This document shows positions 9,668-19,880 of a DNA stretch of 64,000 nt, in pieces; within the stretch, counting starts at the first letter, position 1; each line of letters begins with the position of its first letter. A program made the translations under genes and the position numbers. Source of the stretch: an uncultured Phycisphaerales bacterium (GTDB lineage Bacteria; Planctomycetota; Phycisphaerae; Sedimentisphaerales; Anaerobacaceae); contig OY970359.1 of the NCBI GenBank assembly GCA_963718665.1, positions 1,184,001 to 1,248,000 of the forward strand, written 5' to 3'. The notes beneath the pieces were generated by a model. It did no database searches and was not told the DNA's origin. It saw only the letters and a list, made by a program, of their open reading frames with translations.

Positions 9668-10849
9668 ATGAAATTTGTGCTTTTTGATTTCTTTATACAC
9701 TTTGGCGGGGCACCCCAGCTCGCGGCAGACACTATCAAGCGTTTGGCGGCAGATAATGAGGTTGAAGTTGTGAATGTCTACGGAGTCTGCCAGGAATATC
9801 TGAAAACGCTGGAAGATGCTGGCATAAGAACGCATGTATTAGTTCCAGAGGTCAAAAACGTTATTATCGGTTATCAAAATAATAAGGTATGTCGACTTTG
9901 GGAACTGATTCGCCGAATACCGCTTTTTTGGCGATTAAGAAAGAGATTGATTCGAAAGATTCTGGGAATTAATCCTGATGTGATTTGGACAACCTCTGAC
10001 CATGCCCTGTTGTTCTTAATGCTTAGCCCCAGCTTGAATCGTTATCCTGCGGTAAGGTATGATTGTGGTTGCCGAAAAGCTGCAGATATTCGTGGATGGC
10101 AACGGTTGGTAATGAAGAGACGTGCGGTTATACTTATGACCAGTTCAACCAAGACGGCAAAGCAGTTGCAGATGGTGGGTATAAAGTCGGAGAGAATCAG
10201 GGTTGTTTTTGAAACAATAGATATTACAAGTCTTCTGGAAAAAAGCAAAGCCCCTCTTGAAGCACCATTACCGGGATTGGAAAGATACCCACGTCTCCTC
10301 GTGCCAGCTACACTTCTGCGCACCAAAGGCCAGCACACCGCAATAAAAGCAGCCGCCCGATTAGTATCACAGGGGATTAGTCCGACCCTGTGGCTGGCTG
10401 GTGACGTGGTGGGTAACGACTACTCGTATCTGGATTACTTAAAAGGTTTGGTGAGTGAGCTTGGTGTTTCCGAAAATGTATACTTTTTGGGCTGGCGACA
10501 TGACATACCGGCGGTTATGGCAAAATCTGATATTGTGGTGCTTCCGACACACACGGAGGGTTTCGGGCGAGTAGCGCTCGAAGCGATGCTTCTGCGTCGA
10601 CCAGCGGTGACGACCCCGGCAGGTGGGATGAAAGATTCCATACAAGATGGATATGATGGTCTATTTTTCCCTGTCGATGATGATGAAGCATTGTGCAGAC
10701 AATTGGTGCGATTGGTTACTGACCACGAATTTGCAGCGAAGTTGGTAGAGAACGGATACAGAACTGTTACTGAGAAGTTCAACGCCGAAGCTCACACAAA
10801 AAGAGTACTCGATGCCTTTGCGGTCGCAATGGAATCTGTGAGTATCTAA
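9668..10849 (+). CDS. Glycosyltransferase family 4
   Basis: GGAPQ, TKGQH, FLGWRHD, VLPTHTEGFGRVALEAM. Confidence 0.93.
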   Translation: MKFVLFDFFIHFGGAPQLAADTIKRLAADNEVEVVNVYGVCQEYLKTLEDAGIRTHVLVPEVKNVIIGYQNNKVCRLWELIRRIPLFWRLRKRLIRKILGINPDVIWTTSDHALLFLMLSPSLNRYPAVRYDCGCRKAADIRGWQRLVMKRRAVILMTSSTKTAKQLQMVGIKSERIRVVFETIDITSLLEKSKAPLEAPLPGLERYPRLLVPATLLRTKGQHTAIKAAARLVSQGISPTLWLAGDVVGNDYSYLDYLKGLVSELGVSENVYFLGWRHDIPAVMAKSDIVVLPTHTEGFGRVALEAMLLRRPAVTTPAGGMKDSIQDGYDGLFFPVDDDEALCRQLVRLVTDHEFAAKLVENGYRTVTEKFNAEAHTKRVLDAFAVAMESVSI

Positions 10850-10886
10850 GTTAACGCTTGTGTGAAGTTTCCAAGAGACTTATAAT

Positions 10887-12224
10887 ATGATCAATGCACT
10901 GATTATTATTGTGGTCACCGGCATGTTGGCGGCGATAGTTATCAGGCCAAAACTCGGAATGGTTTTGCTATGGCCGTTATTATTTATGTATCCACACTAT
11001 TATATGTGGCAGCAGCTATTGCCGTTGAATATAGGCTTTGATGACCTGTTCATTTGCATGATGTTCCTGATTGTTTTAATACGTCGAAATATGATGACCC
11101 TGGGGCACTTTAGGTTCGGATATCCATTCTGGAGTGCGTTGGTTTTTATATTTGTCCTCTTGATAAGTAATGTGAACAGCTATTTTATGATTAAGGCAGG
11201 GGGAGAAGAGATTTTAAAGCAGACATTGAAGGGATTTATAACTTTATTTTTGGTCTATAGTTATCTCAATATTATCGATGATTTCGAGGATTTGAAAACT
11301 CTTGTTTTTGCTTTTTGCTTTTTCAGCGGAATAGGTGCAGTGCTTGTTATCCTTCAGAACTATTTCCCTGGTCCTATGCAGATTTTTGTTTCCGAAACAG
11401 AGGTACGAAGAGCTTGGGAACTTGGTGAAAAAGCCCGCCCATCCGGGGCATTTTTGAATGCCAATAATGCTGCTGTTGTTTTGGGTGTTGGTGGTTTAAT
11501 GATTGCATCGACAATGAAGTTACCCGCTTTATATTTTAGAAAATGGGTACGAATTCTTGTGCTGATTCCCATTATTCTTGGTGTGATCGTTACACGAAGC
11601 CGGTCAGGTTTTTTGTGCTTGATTATACCCTTAGCAGTTATGGCTGTTTTTGGCAAAACTAAAAGGTACATATGGCTTATCATAATAGGCGGAGTAATAA
11701 TAGTATTGCTTGCTCCTACATTAACCTCCGCTCTTTTTGAAAGATTCGGTCAACACAGTGTTGGTGAAGGCGCTGGCTTTTGGGCTCCTATTAAATTTAG
11801 ATTTGATGAGGTCGTTCGTATGTGGAACTCAGCAACACTGCGCAGGACCATTTTTGGCCAAAACGCAATAGCGGACACTGCTCTCGGGGAATTGGCTCCA
11901 CATAACGCATATCTTGGTCTTCCTCTGGTCTATGGCCTCCTGGGCACCATTTGGGAGATCGCTTTTTTTGTCCTTCTTTTTGTCAAGTCCGGGCAAATGA
12001 AAAGATCTTCGTGTACTGCCATCAGTGTCCTCGGTGGGGCGATACGATGGTCATTATTATCTATAGCTTTGTATGGTATCGTCGGAGCGTTTTTTGAAAG
12101 TTATTACATACGATACGTTTTGTTTTTGTTGGCAGTGGTTGCGCAGTCAGGCAGTAAATTTGCCAGCGATTATGAGTTCACAGAGACAATTGATGACAAC
12201 TTATTGGCCGAGTGTTATACCTAA
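10887..12224 (+). CDS. O-antigen ligase/Wzy polymerase family membrane protein
   Basis: Many TM helices; RPSGAFLNAN, TRSRSG, PHNAY. Confidence 0.85.
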   Translation: MINALIIIVVTGMLAAIVIRPKLGMVLLWPLLFMYPHYYMWQQLLPLNIGFDDLFICMMFLIVLIRRNMMTLGHFRFGYPFWSALVFIFVLLISNVNSYFMIKAGGEEILKQTLKGFITLFLVYSYLNIIDDFEDLKTLVFAFCFFSGIGAVLVILQNYFPGPMQIFVSETEVRRAWELGEKARPSGAFLNANNAAVVLGVGGLMIASTMKLPALYFRKWVRILVLIPIILGVIVTRSRSGFLCLIIPLAVMAVFGKTKRYIWLIIIGGVIIVLLAPTLTSALFERFGQHSVGEGAGFWAPIKFRFDEVVRMWNSATLRRTIFGQNAIADTALGELAPHNAYLGLPLVYGLLGTIWEIAFFVLLFVKSGQMKRSSCTAISVLGGAIRWSLLSIALYGIVGAFFESYYIRYVLFLLAVVAQSGSKFASDYEFTETIDDNLLAECYT

Positions 12225-12313
12225 ATCCAAAAAGCCGTGTTCGCCTAAGTACATGACTTTCTAAGCCATTTGCCAGCGTATTGGCATAAGTTTTATCGTC
12301 GGGAGTTAATATA

Positions 12314-13234
12314 ATGTCTCGTAATCCTCTTATATATTTGCTCATAGGTATGATGTCGGTCACAAATGTATCTTTAATATCCGGCGGAGACGAGCCATCA
12401 CAAAGTGCAAAGACAGATGCGTCTGCGTCCTGTTCCGTATCTGAATTTGAGAAACCTATGGTAATCTGGTTTCACAATGCTGGCTCTACCAAGCCTGCAT
12501 CTCTTAGGAAGGTTTTGTCTTGTGGTGTCATAACTCATGTCTTGATATTATATCTCCATCCATCCGACGCGCCGTTAAATCGGCAGCCAAATGTAGTTGA
12601 TGCGGTCCGAATATGCAGGGATGCAGGGGTGTCGGTTATCTGGTTTAGAACTCTGTGGCCTACTTATAATGTCAGTGGGTTCACTAAAGAAAGGTTGTAT
12701 GATGAAAGTTATTATGCTGACCTGATTCGAAAGATTCGAGAAGAGGCAAGAAATCTTCAAGTGGAATTTGTTGGCATCGATACGGAACCTTATGGATATT
12801 TTCCTTTTAAGGAGGAGCTGCGAAAAACTCTGAGAAAAGATGATTTTGACAAGATGAGAAACGCGGTCAGTCTAGCGGTGGAAAAGGAAGGGGCTGTTGA
12901 TTTTGTTATGCCAGCAGGTATGTTGAAGAAACAAATGTTTGACGCTGTAGTAGAATTGGGAAAGCTGAAAATAGCAGAGTTCACTTATTATGATGCCCCT
13001 TGGAAGGTGAATGACCCGAACACGCCATTTGATATCTTCGGAGCATATATAAGCGTCAGCAAGAACAATAAGGTGGCCCCACGTTATCCCTTCTTTACCG
13101 CTCAGGAAATTCTTGAGAGGCAGAAACTTTGGTCTCATAAAAAGGGTATAATGCTCTATCCGAAAGAGGACGAAGTTGAGGCTCTAACCGAGCAAATTTC
13201 AAAGATTAAAGTAATTGTGCCGAAAAATGACTAA
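12314..13234 (+). CDS. Exported hypothetical protein, possibly a TIM-barrel glycoside hydrolase-like fold
   Basis: Signal peptide; alternating beta/alpha pattern; GIDTEPY acidic motif. Confidence 0.6.
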   Translation: MSRNPLIYLLIGMMSVTNVSLISGGDEPSQSAKTDASASCSVSEFEKPMVIWFHNAGSTKPASLRKVLSCGVITHVLILYLHPSDAPLNRQPNVVDAVRICRDAGVSVIWFRTLWPTYNVSGFTKERLYDESYYADLIRKIREEARNLQVEFVGIDTEPYGYFPFKEELRKTLRKDDFDKMRNAVSLAVEKEGAVDFVMPAGMLKKQMFDAVVELGKLKIAEFTYYDAPWKVNDPNTPFDIFGAYISVSKNNKVAPRYPFFTAQEILERQKLWSHKKGIMLYPKEDEVEALTEQISKIKVIVPKND

Positions 13235-14393
13235 GGTTTTTGTGGCGATTGAGCAACATTTCATAGAATGTAATGATTCCGTATATACGGATATCGCATT
13301 CGCCTATTCTTACTGGCAGGAATACTTGGAAGTTTTTGATAAAGTCTGTCCCATTGCACGAGTACGAAAAGTAAAGCAGTTGCCGGATGGCTGGCAAAGA
13401 GCAGATGGCCCGAATATTTGTTTTGTACCTGTTACTGATTATCTTGGATTCTGGGATTTTTTAAGGAAGATGCCGCGTGTGCTGTTTGATTACATCAAAG
13501 CAACTCGAGGAAAAGGATGTTATCTGTTGAGGGGCAATACCAATACATGTTGTTGGCTATGTCTGAGGTTAAGGCGCATACCATATGCCATGGAGATTGT
13601 TGGTCACGCGGGCGAATCGGTGCTTACGGTAAAAAATGTAAAGATACTCGGTCTTAATCAGTTGATAGCATCTGTACTACATAAGCTTTGTAAAATAATG
13701 GTCAGAAAAGCCATCTGTGTCAGCTATGTAAGCAAGTACGTACAAGGTTTATATCCCACAAGAAATCATAATTGTGAATGGGTATTCAGCAGTGTAAAAC
13801 TTGATGATAAAGTCTTTACAAAGCCGAGAAGTTTTAATTCTAAAAATAATTTTAATATAATCTCTGTCGGAAGAATTGAACCTGAAAAGGGACATCATAT
13901 TTTAATTGCCGCATTGATAAGATTATTGAATGAAGGCTTAAATATAACTGCTAAAATAATCGGGCCCGGCAAAGAAATTGATAATCTAAGAAATGTGATT
14001 TCAGCGAATAATTATCAGAATAAAATATTGTTGGTGGGCACCGTGCCTTGGGGAGAGGATTTGTTTAGATATCTTGATGAGGTGGATTTATTTGTTCTGC
14101 CGTCATTAACCGAGGGAATGCCGAGGGCGTTATTGGAAGCTATGGCACGAGGACTTCCTGCAATAGGAAGCGATACCGGCGGGATAAAGGAACTGCTTGA
14201 CGATCAGTTCAGAGCAAAACCGGCGGATTCAGTCGAACTTGCCGATAAAATTCGACGGTTGATTAACAATCAAAAACTTCTTGAAGAGATGTCAAAAAAG
14301 AATTATGAAAAAGCTTTGGAATACAGAAAAGAGATAATGCAGGAAAGAAAATTAAGCTTCTGGAATTGCATCAAAAACAATGTGGGAAAATAA
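13227..14393 (+). CDS. Glycosyltransferase family 4
   Basis: SVGRIEPEKG, FVLPSLTEGMPRALLEAMARG. Confidence 0.93.
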   Translation: MTKVFVAIEQHFIECNDSVYTDIAFAYSYWQEYLEVFDKVCPIARVRKVKQLPDGWQRADGPNICFVPVTDYLGFWDFLRKMPRVLFDYIKATRGKGCYLLRGNTNTCCWLCLRLRRIPYAMEIVGHAGESVLTVKNVKILGLNQLIASVLHKLCKIMVRKAICVSYVSKYVQGLYPTRNHNCEWVFSSVKLDDKVFTKPRSFNSKNNFNIISVGRIEPEKGHHILIAALIRLLNEGLNITAKIIGPGKEIDNLRNVISANNYQNKILLVGTVPWGEDLFRYLDEVDLFVLPSLTEGMPRALLEAMARGLPAIGSDTGGIKELLDDQFRAKPADSVELADKIRRLINNQKLLEEMSKKNYEKALEYRKEIMQERKLSFWNCIKNNVGK

Positions 14394-14394
14394 C

Positions 14395-14967
14395 ATGGTT
14401 GTTATCAAACAAATACCTTATCAATTCAGATATATACTTCCTCTTTGGCTAATGCAGATTTTGACAAACTGGCTGCCTGAAAATCAGATAACTATAAGAT
14501 TAAGGGGAATTTTGATTAGACCTTTTTTAAGTAAATGCGGCAAAAATCTTCAGCTTGCAAGAAGTATCACTTTTCTCAATCCGCATGGGATACACATAGG
14601 CGATAATGTTTATATCGCAACCGGTTGTTGGATTGATGGCATCGGCGGACTAAAAATTGATGATGAAGTTGAGTTAAGCCCTTTTGTCGTGATAACAACA
14701 AGTTCGCACTGTTTTAAGAATAATTCTGTCAGATTTGGTGGTTCAAGAATCGCTCCTGTTCATATCGGGAAAGGAAGCTGGATTGCCTCGCACGCAACTA
14801 TTGTATCCGGCTGTTCTATTGGCTCAGGAACAATAATAGGTTCTAACGCAGTTGTTACAAAAGACATTCCTGATAATGTTTTTGCCGCAGGAGTTCCTGC
14901 AAAAGTAATTGGACCAAGAATTGACAAAGAACCTAATGTTTTTACAAGATTGGACACTGAAAAATAA
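14395..14967 (+). CDS. Hexapeptide-repeat O-acetyltransferase
   Basis: IHIGDNVYI, VHIGKGSWI, SNAVVTKDIP, AGVPAKVI. Confidence 0.9.
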   Translation: MVVIKQIPYQFRYILPLWLMQILTNWLPENQITIRLRGILIRPFLSKCGKNLQLARSITFLNPHGIHIGDNVYIATGCWIDGIGGLKIDDEVELSPFVVITTSSHCFKNNSVRFGGSRIAPVHIGKGSWIASHATIVSGCSIGSGTIIGSNAVVTKDIPDNVFAAGVPAKVIGPRIDKEPNVFTRLDTEK

Positions 14968-16127
14968 TGAATGCTAAAATTTGTATTTTAACGACGGTTT
15001 CGGCTTCAATAAAAGCATTTTACAAAGGCCAGTTAGAGGCCTTGAAACAAGCCGGTTTTGAAGTAACTGTAATATGTGCAAATGATGAAGAATTGAATAA
15101 TCAATTGCCGGAAAACGTTAAATTTTATCCTGTTCCATTTTCAAGAATAATCAGCCCTTTCAGCGATATTAGAGCTGTCCTTAAATTAATCCATATTTTT
15201 AGAAAAGAACGATTTGATATTGTTCAATACAGCACCCCTAAAGCTTCTTTGCTCGGTTCAATAGCATCTTTTTTTGCAAGAGTGCCTATCCGTATATATA
15301 TCCTTTGGGGTTTATATTACACGGGTCAGGAAAGATTGGGAAGATTCATCTTAAAAAGCTTTGAAAAACTGATTTGCCGGATCGGTACGCTGGTGGTTCC
15401 GATTTCGCATGAGATGATTGATTTTGCCGAGGTCGAGGGACTTGTGAACAAACAAAAATGTCAGGTCATGCTCAACGGCAGTGCGTGCGGAGTTGATTTG
15501 GAATTATTTGACCCTGAGAAGTGGAAGAATTTCAGAAATAAAATTAGAGACGATTTTCGTATACCTGAAAATGCTACCGTAATAGGGACAGTTGCGAGAC
15601 TGACCGGAGATAAGGGAATAAATGAATTGGTTCAAGCGTTTGATGTTTTATCAAATGAAATTCCAAGAATGTATCTTTTGCTTGTTGGTGAAGAGGAAGA
15701 AAGGAACAAGCTTGATGGCGACACAGTTTCAATAATCCGGCAGAATAATCGCATAAGATGTACAGGCTGGCAAAATAACCCTTTGCCATATTATGCCGCA
15801 ATGGATATTTTTTGTTTGCCGACTTACAGAGAAGGTTTCGGTGAGGTAAACCTTGAAGCACAGGCAATGGAACTCCCGGTTATTTCAACAAATACTATTG
15901 GTCCGCGAGAATCTGTCGAAGATGGTATTACAGGTTTTCTGGTTAAATCACAGAGTTCTGAGGCTCTACTTGAGCCTTTAAGAAAACTTCTATGTCAGCC
16001 TGAACTTCGAATAAAAATGGGTAAAGCCGGAAGACAAAGAGTAATTAATAAATTCGACCGCAAAGAAATGATAAAAGCCGTTGTTGAACACCGACTGAAA
16101 TTGATTTCAGAGTTGAGAAGAAAATGA
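14967..16127 (+). CDS. Glycosyltransferase family 4 (CapM-like)
   Basis: STPKASLLG, RLTGDKGINEL, LPTYREGFGEVNLEA. Confidence 0.93.
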   Translation: MNAKICILTTVSASIKAFYKGQLEALKQAGFEVTVICANDEELNNQLPENVKFYPVPFSRIISPFSDIRAVLKLIHIFRKERFDIVQYSTPKASLLGSIASFFARVPIRIYILWGLYYTGQERLGRFILKSFEKLICRIGTLVVPISHEMIDFAEVEGLVNKQKCQVMLNGSACGVDLELFDPEKWKNFRNKIRDDFRIPENATVIGTVARLTGDKGINELVQAFDVLSNEIPRMYLLLVGEEEERNKLDGDTVSIIRQNNRIRCTGWQNNPLPYYAAMDIFCLPTYREGFGEVNLEAQAMELPVISTNTIGPRESVEDGITGFLVKSQSSEALLEPLRKLLCQPELRIKMGKAGRQRVINKFDRKEMIKAVVEHRLKLISELRRK

Positions 16128-16435
16128 GCATTATAATAAAATCTCTTGATATGAGCGATGCCTCTCAGGTCGCCCGTTTGCATATCTCCGGCATCGCCAC
16201 CGGCTTTATCAGTTTGCTTGGTCAGGAATTTGTGACAGCATTATATGAGGCGATTGCCGAGAGCATTGCGGATGGCGTGCGAAAATTTCTCAAGATGTCA
16301 CAGCAGGAATTAGACACAATGGGAGAAAATGGCAGGAAGTTCTATCGACAGGAATTATCTTTGGCAGTCAGAAGAAAACGATTGGCAGAGGTGCTTGAGT
16401 CGGCAATTCGGCGGTCACGTGGTGATCATAAATAA
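16124..16435 (+). pseudogene. Chimeric remnant: GNAT N-terminus fused in frame to a GT4 C-terminus
   Basis: VARLHISGIATGFISLLG (GNAT start) then SIADGV..MGENGRKFY (GT4 end). Confidence 0.7.
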
Positions 16436-16491
16436 CCGCATGTAGTCGCGGAAAATAGTATCATCTCATTTTTTTAAGGAGACCCTGTAAG

Positions 16492-17145
16492 ATGAAACTG
16501 GGAGCAGAAGAAGTCAAGACGTATTTCGACAAGGTCCCTAAGGAATGGGACTCTCTGTACTCACATGAAAACAAGTTTAAGTATGCCATTAACAAGTGGC
16601 TGCGCAAAGGGCTTTTCGAAAGGCACCGTCGAACCTTTGAGAATTGTGGCGACCTGACCGGTGCGAAGGTACTGGATATAGGCTGCGGAACGGGTAGATT
16701 TAGCATTGAGTGTGCAAAGAGAGGAGCAAAGCGAGTTGTGGGGATTGATTTTGCACCCTCTATGGTTGAGTTTTCGCAGCGTGTGGCTAAGCAGATGGGA
16801 CTTTCTGACAAATGCGAGTTCGTGCGCGGCGATTTTCTGACATTCGAGTTTAATGAATCGTTTGACATTGTTTTGGCGTTGGGGGTTTTTGATTATATAA
16901 AAGAACCTGGTCCAGCGCTCAAGAAGATATGCCAGCTTTCTCCGCGTAAATTTCTTGCGTCATTTCCGAGATTTACCTGCCTCTGGGGCATTCAGCGTCA
17001 CATTCGCTACCGTTGGATCAGGAAGTGCCCTATTTATTACTATACTGCGGAGCAGCTTGAGCGGCTATTTAAGGACGCGGGATTCAGTAATTTAGAGATC
17101 ATACCGTCCAAGCGAGGTTTTTTCTGTGTGGGTGGATGCGATTGA
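16492..17145 (+). CDS. Class I SAM-dependent methyltransferase
   Basis: VLDIGCGTG, VGIDFA, FDIVLALGVFDY. Confidence 0.92.
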   Translation: MKLGAEEVKTYFDKVPKEWDSLYSHENKFKYAINKWLRKGLFERHRRTFENCGDLTGAKVLDIGCGTGRFSIECAKRGAKRVVGIDFAPSMVEFSQRVAKQMGLSDKCEFVRGDFLTFEFNESFDIVLALGVFDYIKEPGPALKKICQLSPRKFLASFPRFTCLWGIQRHIRYRWIRKCPIYYYTAEQLERLFKDAGFSNLEIIPSKRGFFCVGGCD

Positions 17146-17201
17146 GCGGCTGCACGAGTATTTTATGTTGTGGGTAACGGCTTGAGTATGGCGGATTCCG
17201 A

Positions 17202-18077
17202 ATGCTAAATGTGCTGACAGTTGATGTTGAAGATGGCTGGTCAACTTTTTCCCGCGATCGGCTTTCAAGGGAAATAGAGCCGACAGAGACGGTAGTGAAG
17301 GATACGGAGAGGATACTTGATATCCTATCAGCCAGGAGTGTCAGGGCGACTTTTTTTGTGGTTGGCAAAGTAGCGGAGACGTTTCCATCGCTTGTAAAAC
17401 GCATTGCAGGAGCCGGACACGAAATCGGAATTCACGGATTTTATCACAAGCAGATTTTTCGACTCACTCCGGATGAGTTCAGACTTGAAATCAAAAGAGC
17501 AAAGAGTATGCTGGAGGACTTGGTGTCGGTCGCTGTGGTGGGGCATCGGGCGCCGGCGTTTTCAGTGGCTCCAGAAACAAGGTGGTCATTGCGCATATTA
17601 GCGGAAGAGGGCTTCAGATATGACTCAAGCATAGTACCTTGCAAAAATCCCCGCTATGGGTGGAAGGGTTTCAGCAAAGATATATGCCGAATAGACCTCG
17701 GGGACGGGTTGAGTATTGTGGAGGTTCCGATGAGTATATTGCCCATTCCAATGACCAGCAAGGGCTTTATGACGGGCGGCGGATACCTTAGGCATTTTCC
17801 GTATTTTGTTTCATACGCTGCGATTAAACACATTCAGAAAACAAGGCCAGTTATAGTTTATATGCATCCTTATGAGTTTGGCAAAGAGGTTGCGCCTTTG
17901 CCAATGGAGCATCTTCCAATAGTTTCTCGCTGGCGGGCACGCTGGCAGGCGTGTTGGAGCCTCGGAATGGGAGTAGGAAACCGGCATACAATGCCGGCGA
18001 AGGTGCAAAAATTACTGTCTGCTTTTGAATTCAGTACGGCGGGATGTGTGATTGACCAGTGGTTCGGTCGCGATTGA
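17202..18077 (+). CDS. Polysaccharide deacetylase (DUF3473-type)
   Basis: LTVDVEDGW, ATFFVVG, GHEIGIHG, GHRAPAFS, GGGYLR, YMHPYE. Confidence 0.9.
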   Translation: MLNVLTVDVEDGWSTFSRDRLSREIEPTETVVKDTERILDILSARSVRATFFVVGKVAETFPSLVKRIAGAGHEIGIHGFYHKQIFRLTPDEFRLEIKRAKSMLEDLVSVAVVGHRAPAFSVAPETRWSLRILAEEGFRYDSSIVPCKNPRYGWKGFSKDICRIDLGDGLSIVEVPMSILPIPMTSKGFMTGGGYLRHFPYFVSYAAIKHIQKTRPVIVYMHPYEFGKEVAPLPMEHLPIVSRWRARWQACWSLGMGVGNRHTMPAKVQKLLSAFEFSTAGCVIDQWFGRD

Positions 18078-18143
18078 TGGAGCGTCACGAGGTTTTTTTG
18101 CGTCGTCGCCAGGCAGATAGAGCCAGTTAAAGAGAGGAATCTT

Positions 18144-19199
18144 GTGGACAAGTCGCAAAAGACAAGCAGGCCGTCGGCAATCTTCATAGTCGGAGTGTTT
18201 GCCGCGGTTGTGATAGTGATGTTCATAGCCAGAATGCACAATCGGGACGTACAGACGATTAATATGCCGCTCAACAACGGGATAGTTGCCCTGTCAACAT
18301 ACAACAATCTCCTGGCGGCGATTTCAAACGACAACAAGGTCTACGTCTGGAACTGGGCTGATTTGTCGAAAAAATACCGCGAATACACGGTCGAGTCGGG
18401 CGAAGTGGCCTTTGCCTCACCAGATACGATTGTGTCCGTAAAACGAACAAATCCTGATTGTCTTGTTGTTTCTGGTTTCGATGCTAATAGCGAAAGCAAA
18501 AAGATTCCGTTGCTGCTGACGGCTAACACGGCACATTTGAGTGCGAACCTGGACGGGAGCAAAATAATTCTTTTGCTGGAACGAGGCGGCAGCAATAGCG
18601 GCGAACATATAACGTATGATTTGCTCGAAGTGCTGCCCGATAAAGGACAAGTGCAGCTAATTACCGCAATTACTTCAGAAAAGAGCGGGCTGGAACATTT
18701 TTCGGTGTCCGATGACGGGCGTTACATTGTTGCCGCAGGGGAAAAGAACGAGCACGGCTGGATGTTCCTTGCGGATACCAAAGAAAAGAAAATTGTTTGG
18801 CAAAAAGAATTGCCGGATTTTAGAAAATTTCATAAAGGGGTTTTCTCAAAGGACGGGGAAATTATCTACCTAAGAGGCAACGATAGTATGCTGACGCTGG
18901 TCAAAGCGAGTTCAGGGGAAATAATTGATCGTTGGTTGCCAACCAAAGAAAACAAAGACACTTACAGGGCGATGCAAACCCAGGCGGTTGTAATCAGTAA
19001 CGACGGCGGACTGGTGGCGGCAGTCGTCGGCAACAACATATTTGCCTGGGACACCAAAACCCGCGAAAAATATGATATAACTGGGGCCGGCCACAAGGTA
19101 ATGAGCAGTATAGCTTTTTCCCCGGATGCTAAATTTATCGCCACCTCCGATATGCGTCAGGGAGGCGATATAAAGATTATCCGCACGCCGCGTCGTTAA
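18144..19199 (+). CDS. Membrane-anchored WD40/beta-propeller protein
   Basis: N-terminal TM; VYVWNW, SDDGRYIV, FSKDG, GHKVMSSIAFSPDAKFIATS. Confidence 0.8.
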   Translation: MDKSQKTSRPSAIFIVGVFAAVVIVMFIARMHNRDVQTINMPLNNGIVALSTYNNLLAAISNDNKVYVWNWADLSKKYREYTVESGEVAFASPDTIVSVKRTNPDCLVVSGFDANSESKKIPLLLTANTAHLSANLDGSKIILLLERGGSNSGEHITYDLLEVLPDKGQVQLITAITSEKSGLEHFSVSDDGRYIVAAGEKNEHGWMFLADTKEKKIVWQKELPDFRKFHKGVFSKDGEIIYLRGNDSMLTLVKASSGEIIDRWLPTKENKDTYRAMQTQAVVISNDGGLVAAVVGNNIFAWDTKTREKYDITGAGHKVMSSIAFSPDAKFIATSDMRQGGDIKIIRTPRR

Positions 19200-19232
19200 T
19201 GCAGCAGACCTTATAAAAGCACATATAGCGTA

Positions 19233-19865
19233 ATGCGCCATTTCATAAAACGGTTATTCGATATAATTTCCAGCATAGCGGGGTTGATTGTAATTAGCCC
19301 TCTTTTAGTAGTTTTGGCTGTGCTGGTTCGTCTTAAACTCGGCTCCCCAATCCTGTTTCGCCAGCAGCGACCCGGCTTTGGCGGCAAAGCGTTTGTCATA
19401 TATAAGTTTCACACTATGACGGACCAGCGTGATACATCGGGGAATTTGCTGCCGGACGAGCAGCGTCTGCCTGCGTTCGGACGATTTCTGAGAAGCACAA
19501 GTTTCGATGAGCTGCCCGAGTTATTCAATGTGCTGAAGGGTGATATGAGTATCGTCGGCCCACGACCCCTGATGATGAAATATCTTGACCGTTATTCCCC
19601 CCAGCAGGCCAGACGACACGAGGTCAAACCCGGTATCACCGGCTGGGCGCAAATAAATGGCCGAAACGCTATTTCCTGGGAAGATAAATTCAAGCTTGAT
19701 GTCTGGTATGTTGACAACTGGACCTTTTGGCTTGATATTAAAATAATCCTCAAGAGCATCTGGATGGTTATAGCAAAAGAAGGTATAACTCAGCAGGGCA
19801 GAGCAACAATGGATGAGTTTATGGGAACACCGCAAAACGACACTGTCGAACACCCGCAAAGATAA
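19233..19865 (+). CDS. Initiating undecaprenyl-phosphate sugar phosphotransferase (PglC/WbaP catalytic family)
   Basis: KRLFDI, FRQQRPG, DELPEL, GDMSIVGPRP, KPGITGWAQ, LDVWY. Confidence 0.93.
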   Translation: MRHFIKRLFDIISSIAGLIVISPLLVVLAVLVRLKLGSPILFRQQRPGFGGKAFVIYKFHTMTDQRDTSGNLLPDEQRLPAFGRFLRSTSFDELPELFNVLKGDMSIVGPRPLMMKYLDRYSPQQARRHEVKPGITGWAQINGRNAISWEDKFKLDVWYVDNWTFWLDIKIILKSIWMVIAKEGITQQGRATMDEFMGTPQNDTVEHPQR

Positions 19866-19880
19866 CACCGGGAAAATAAA

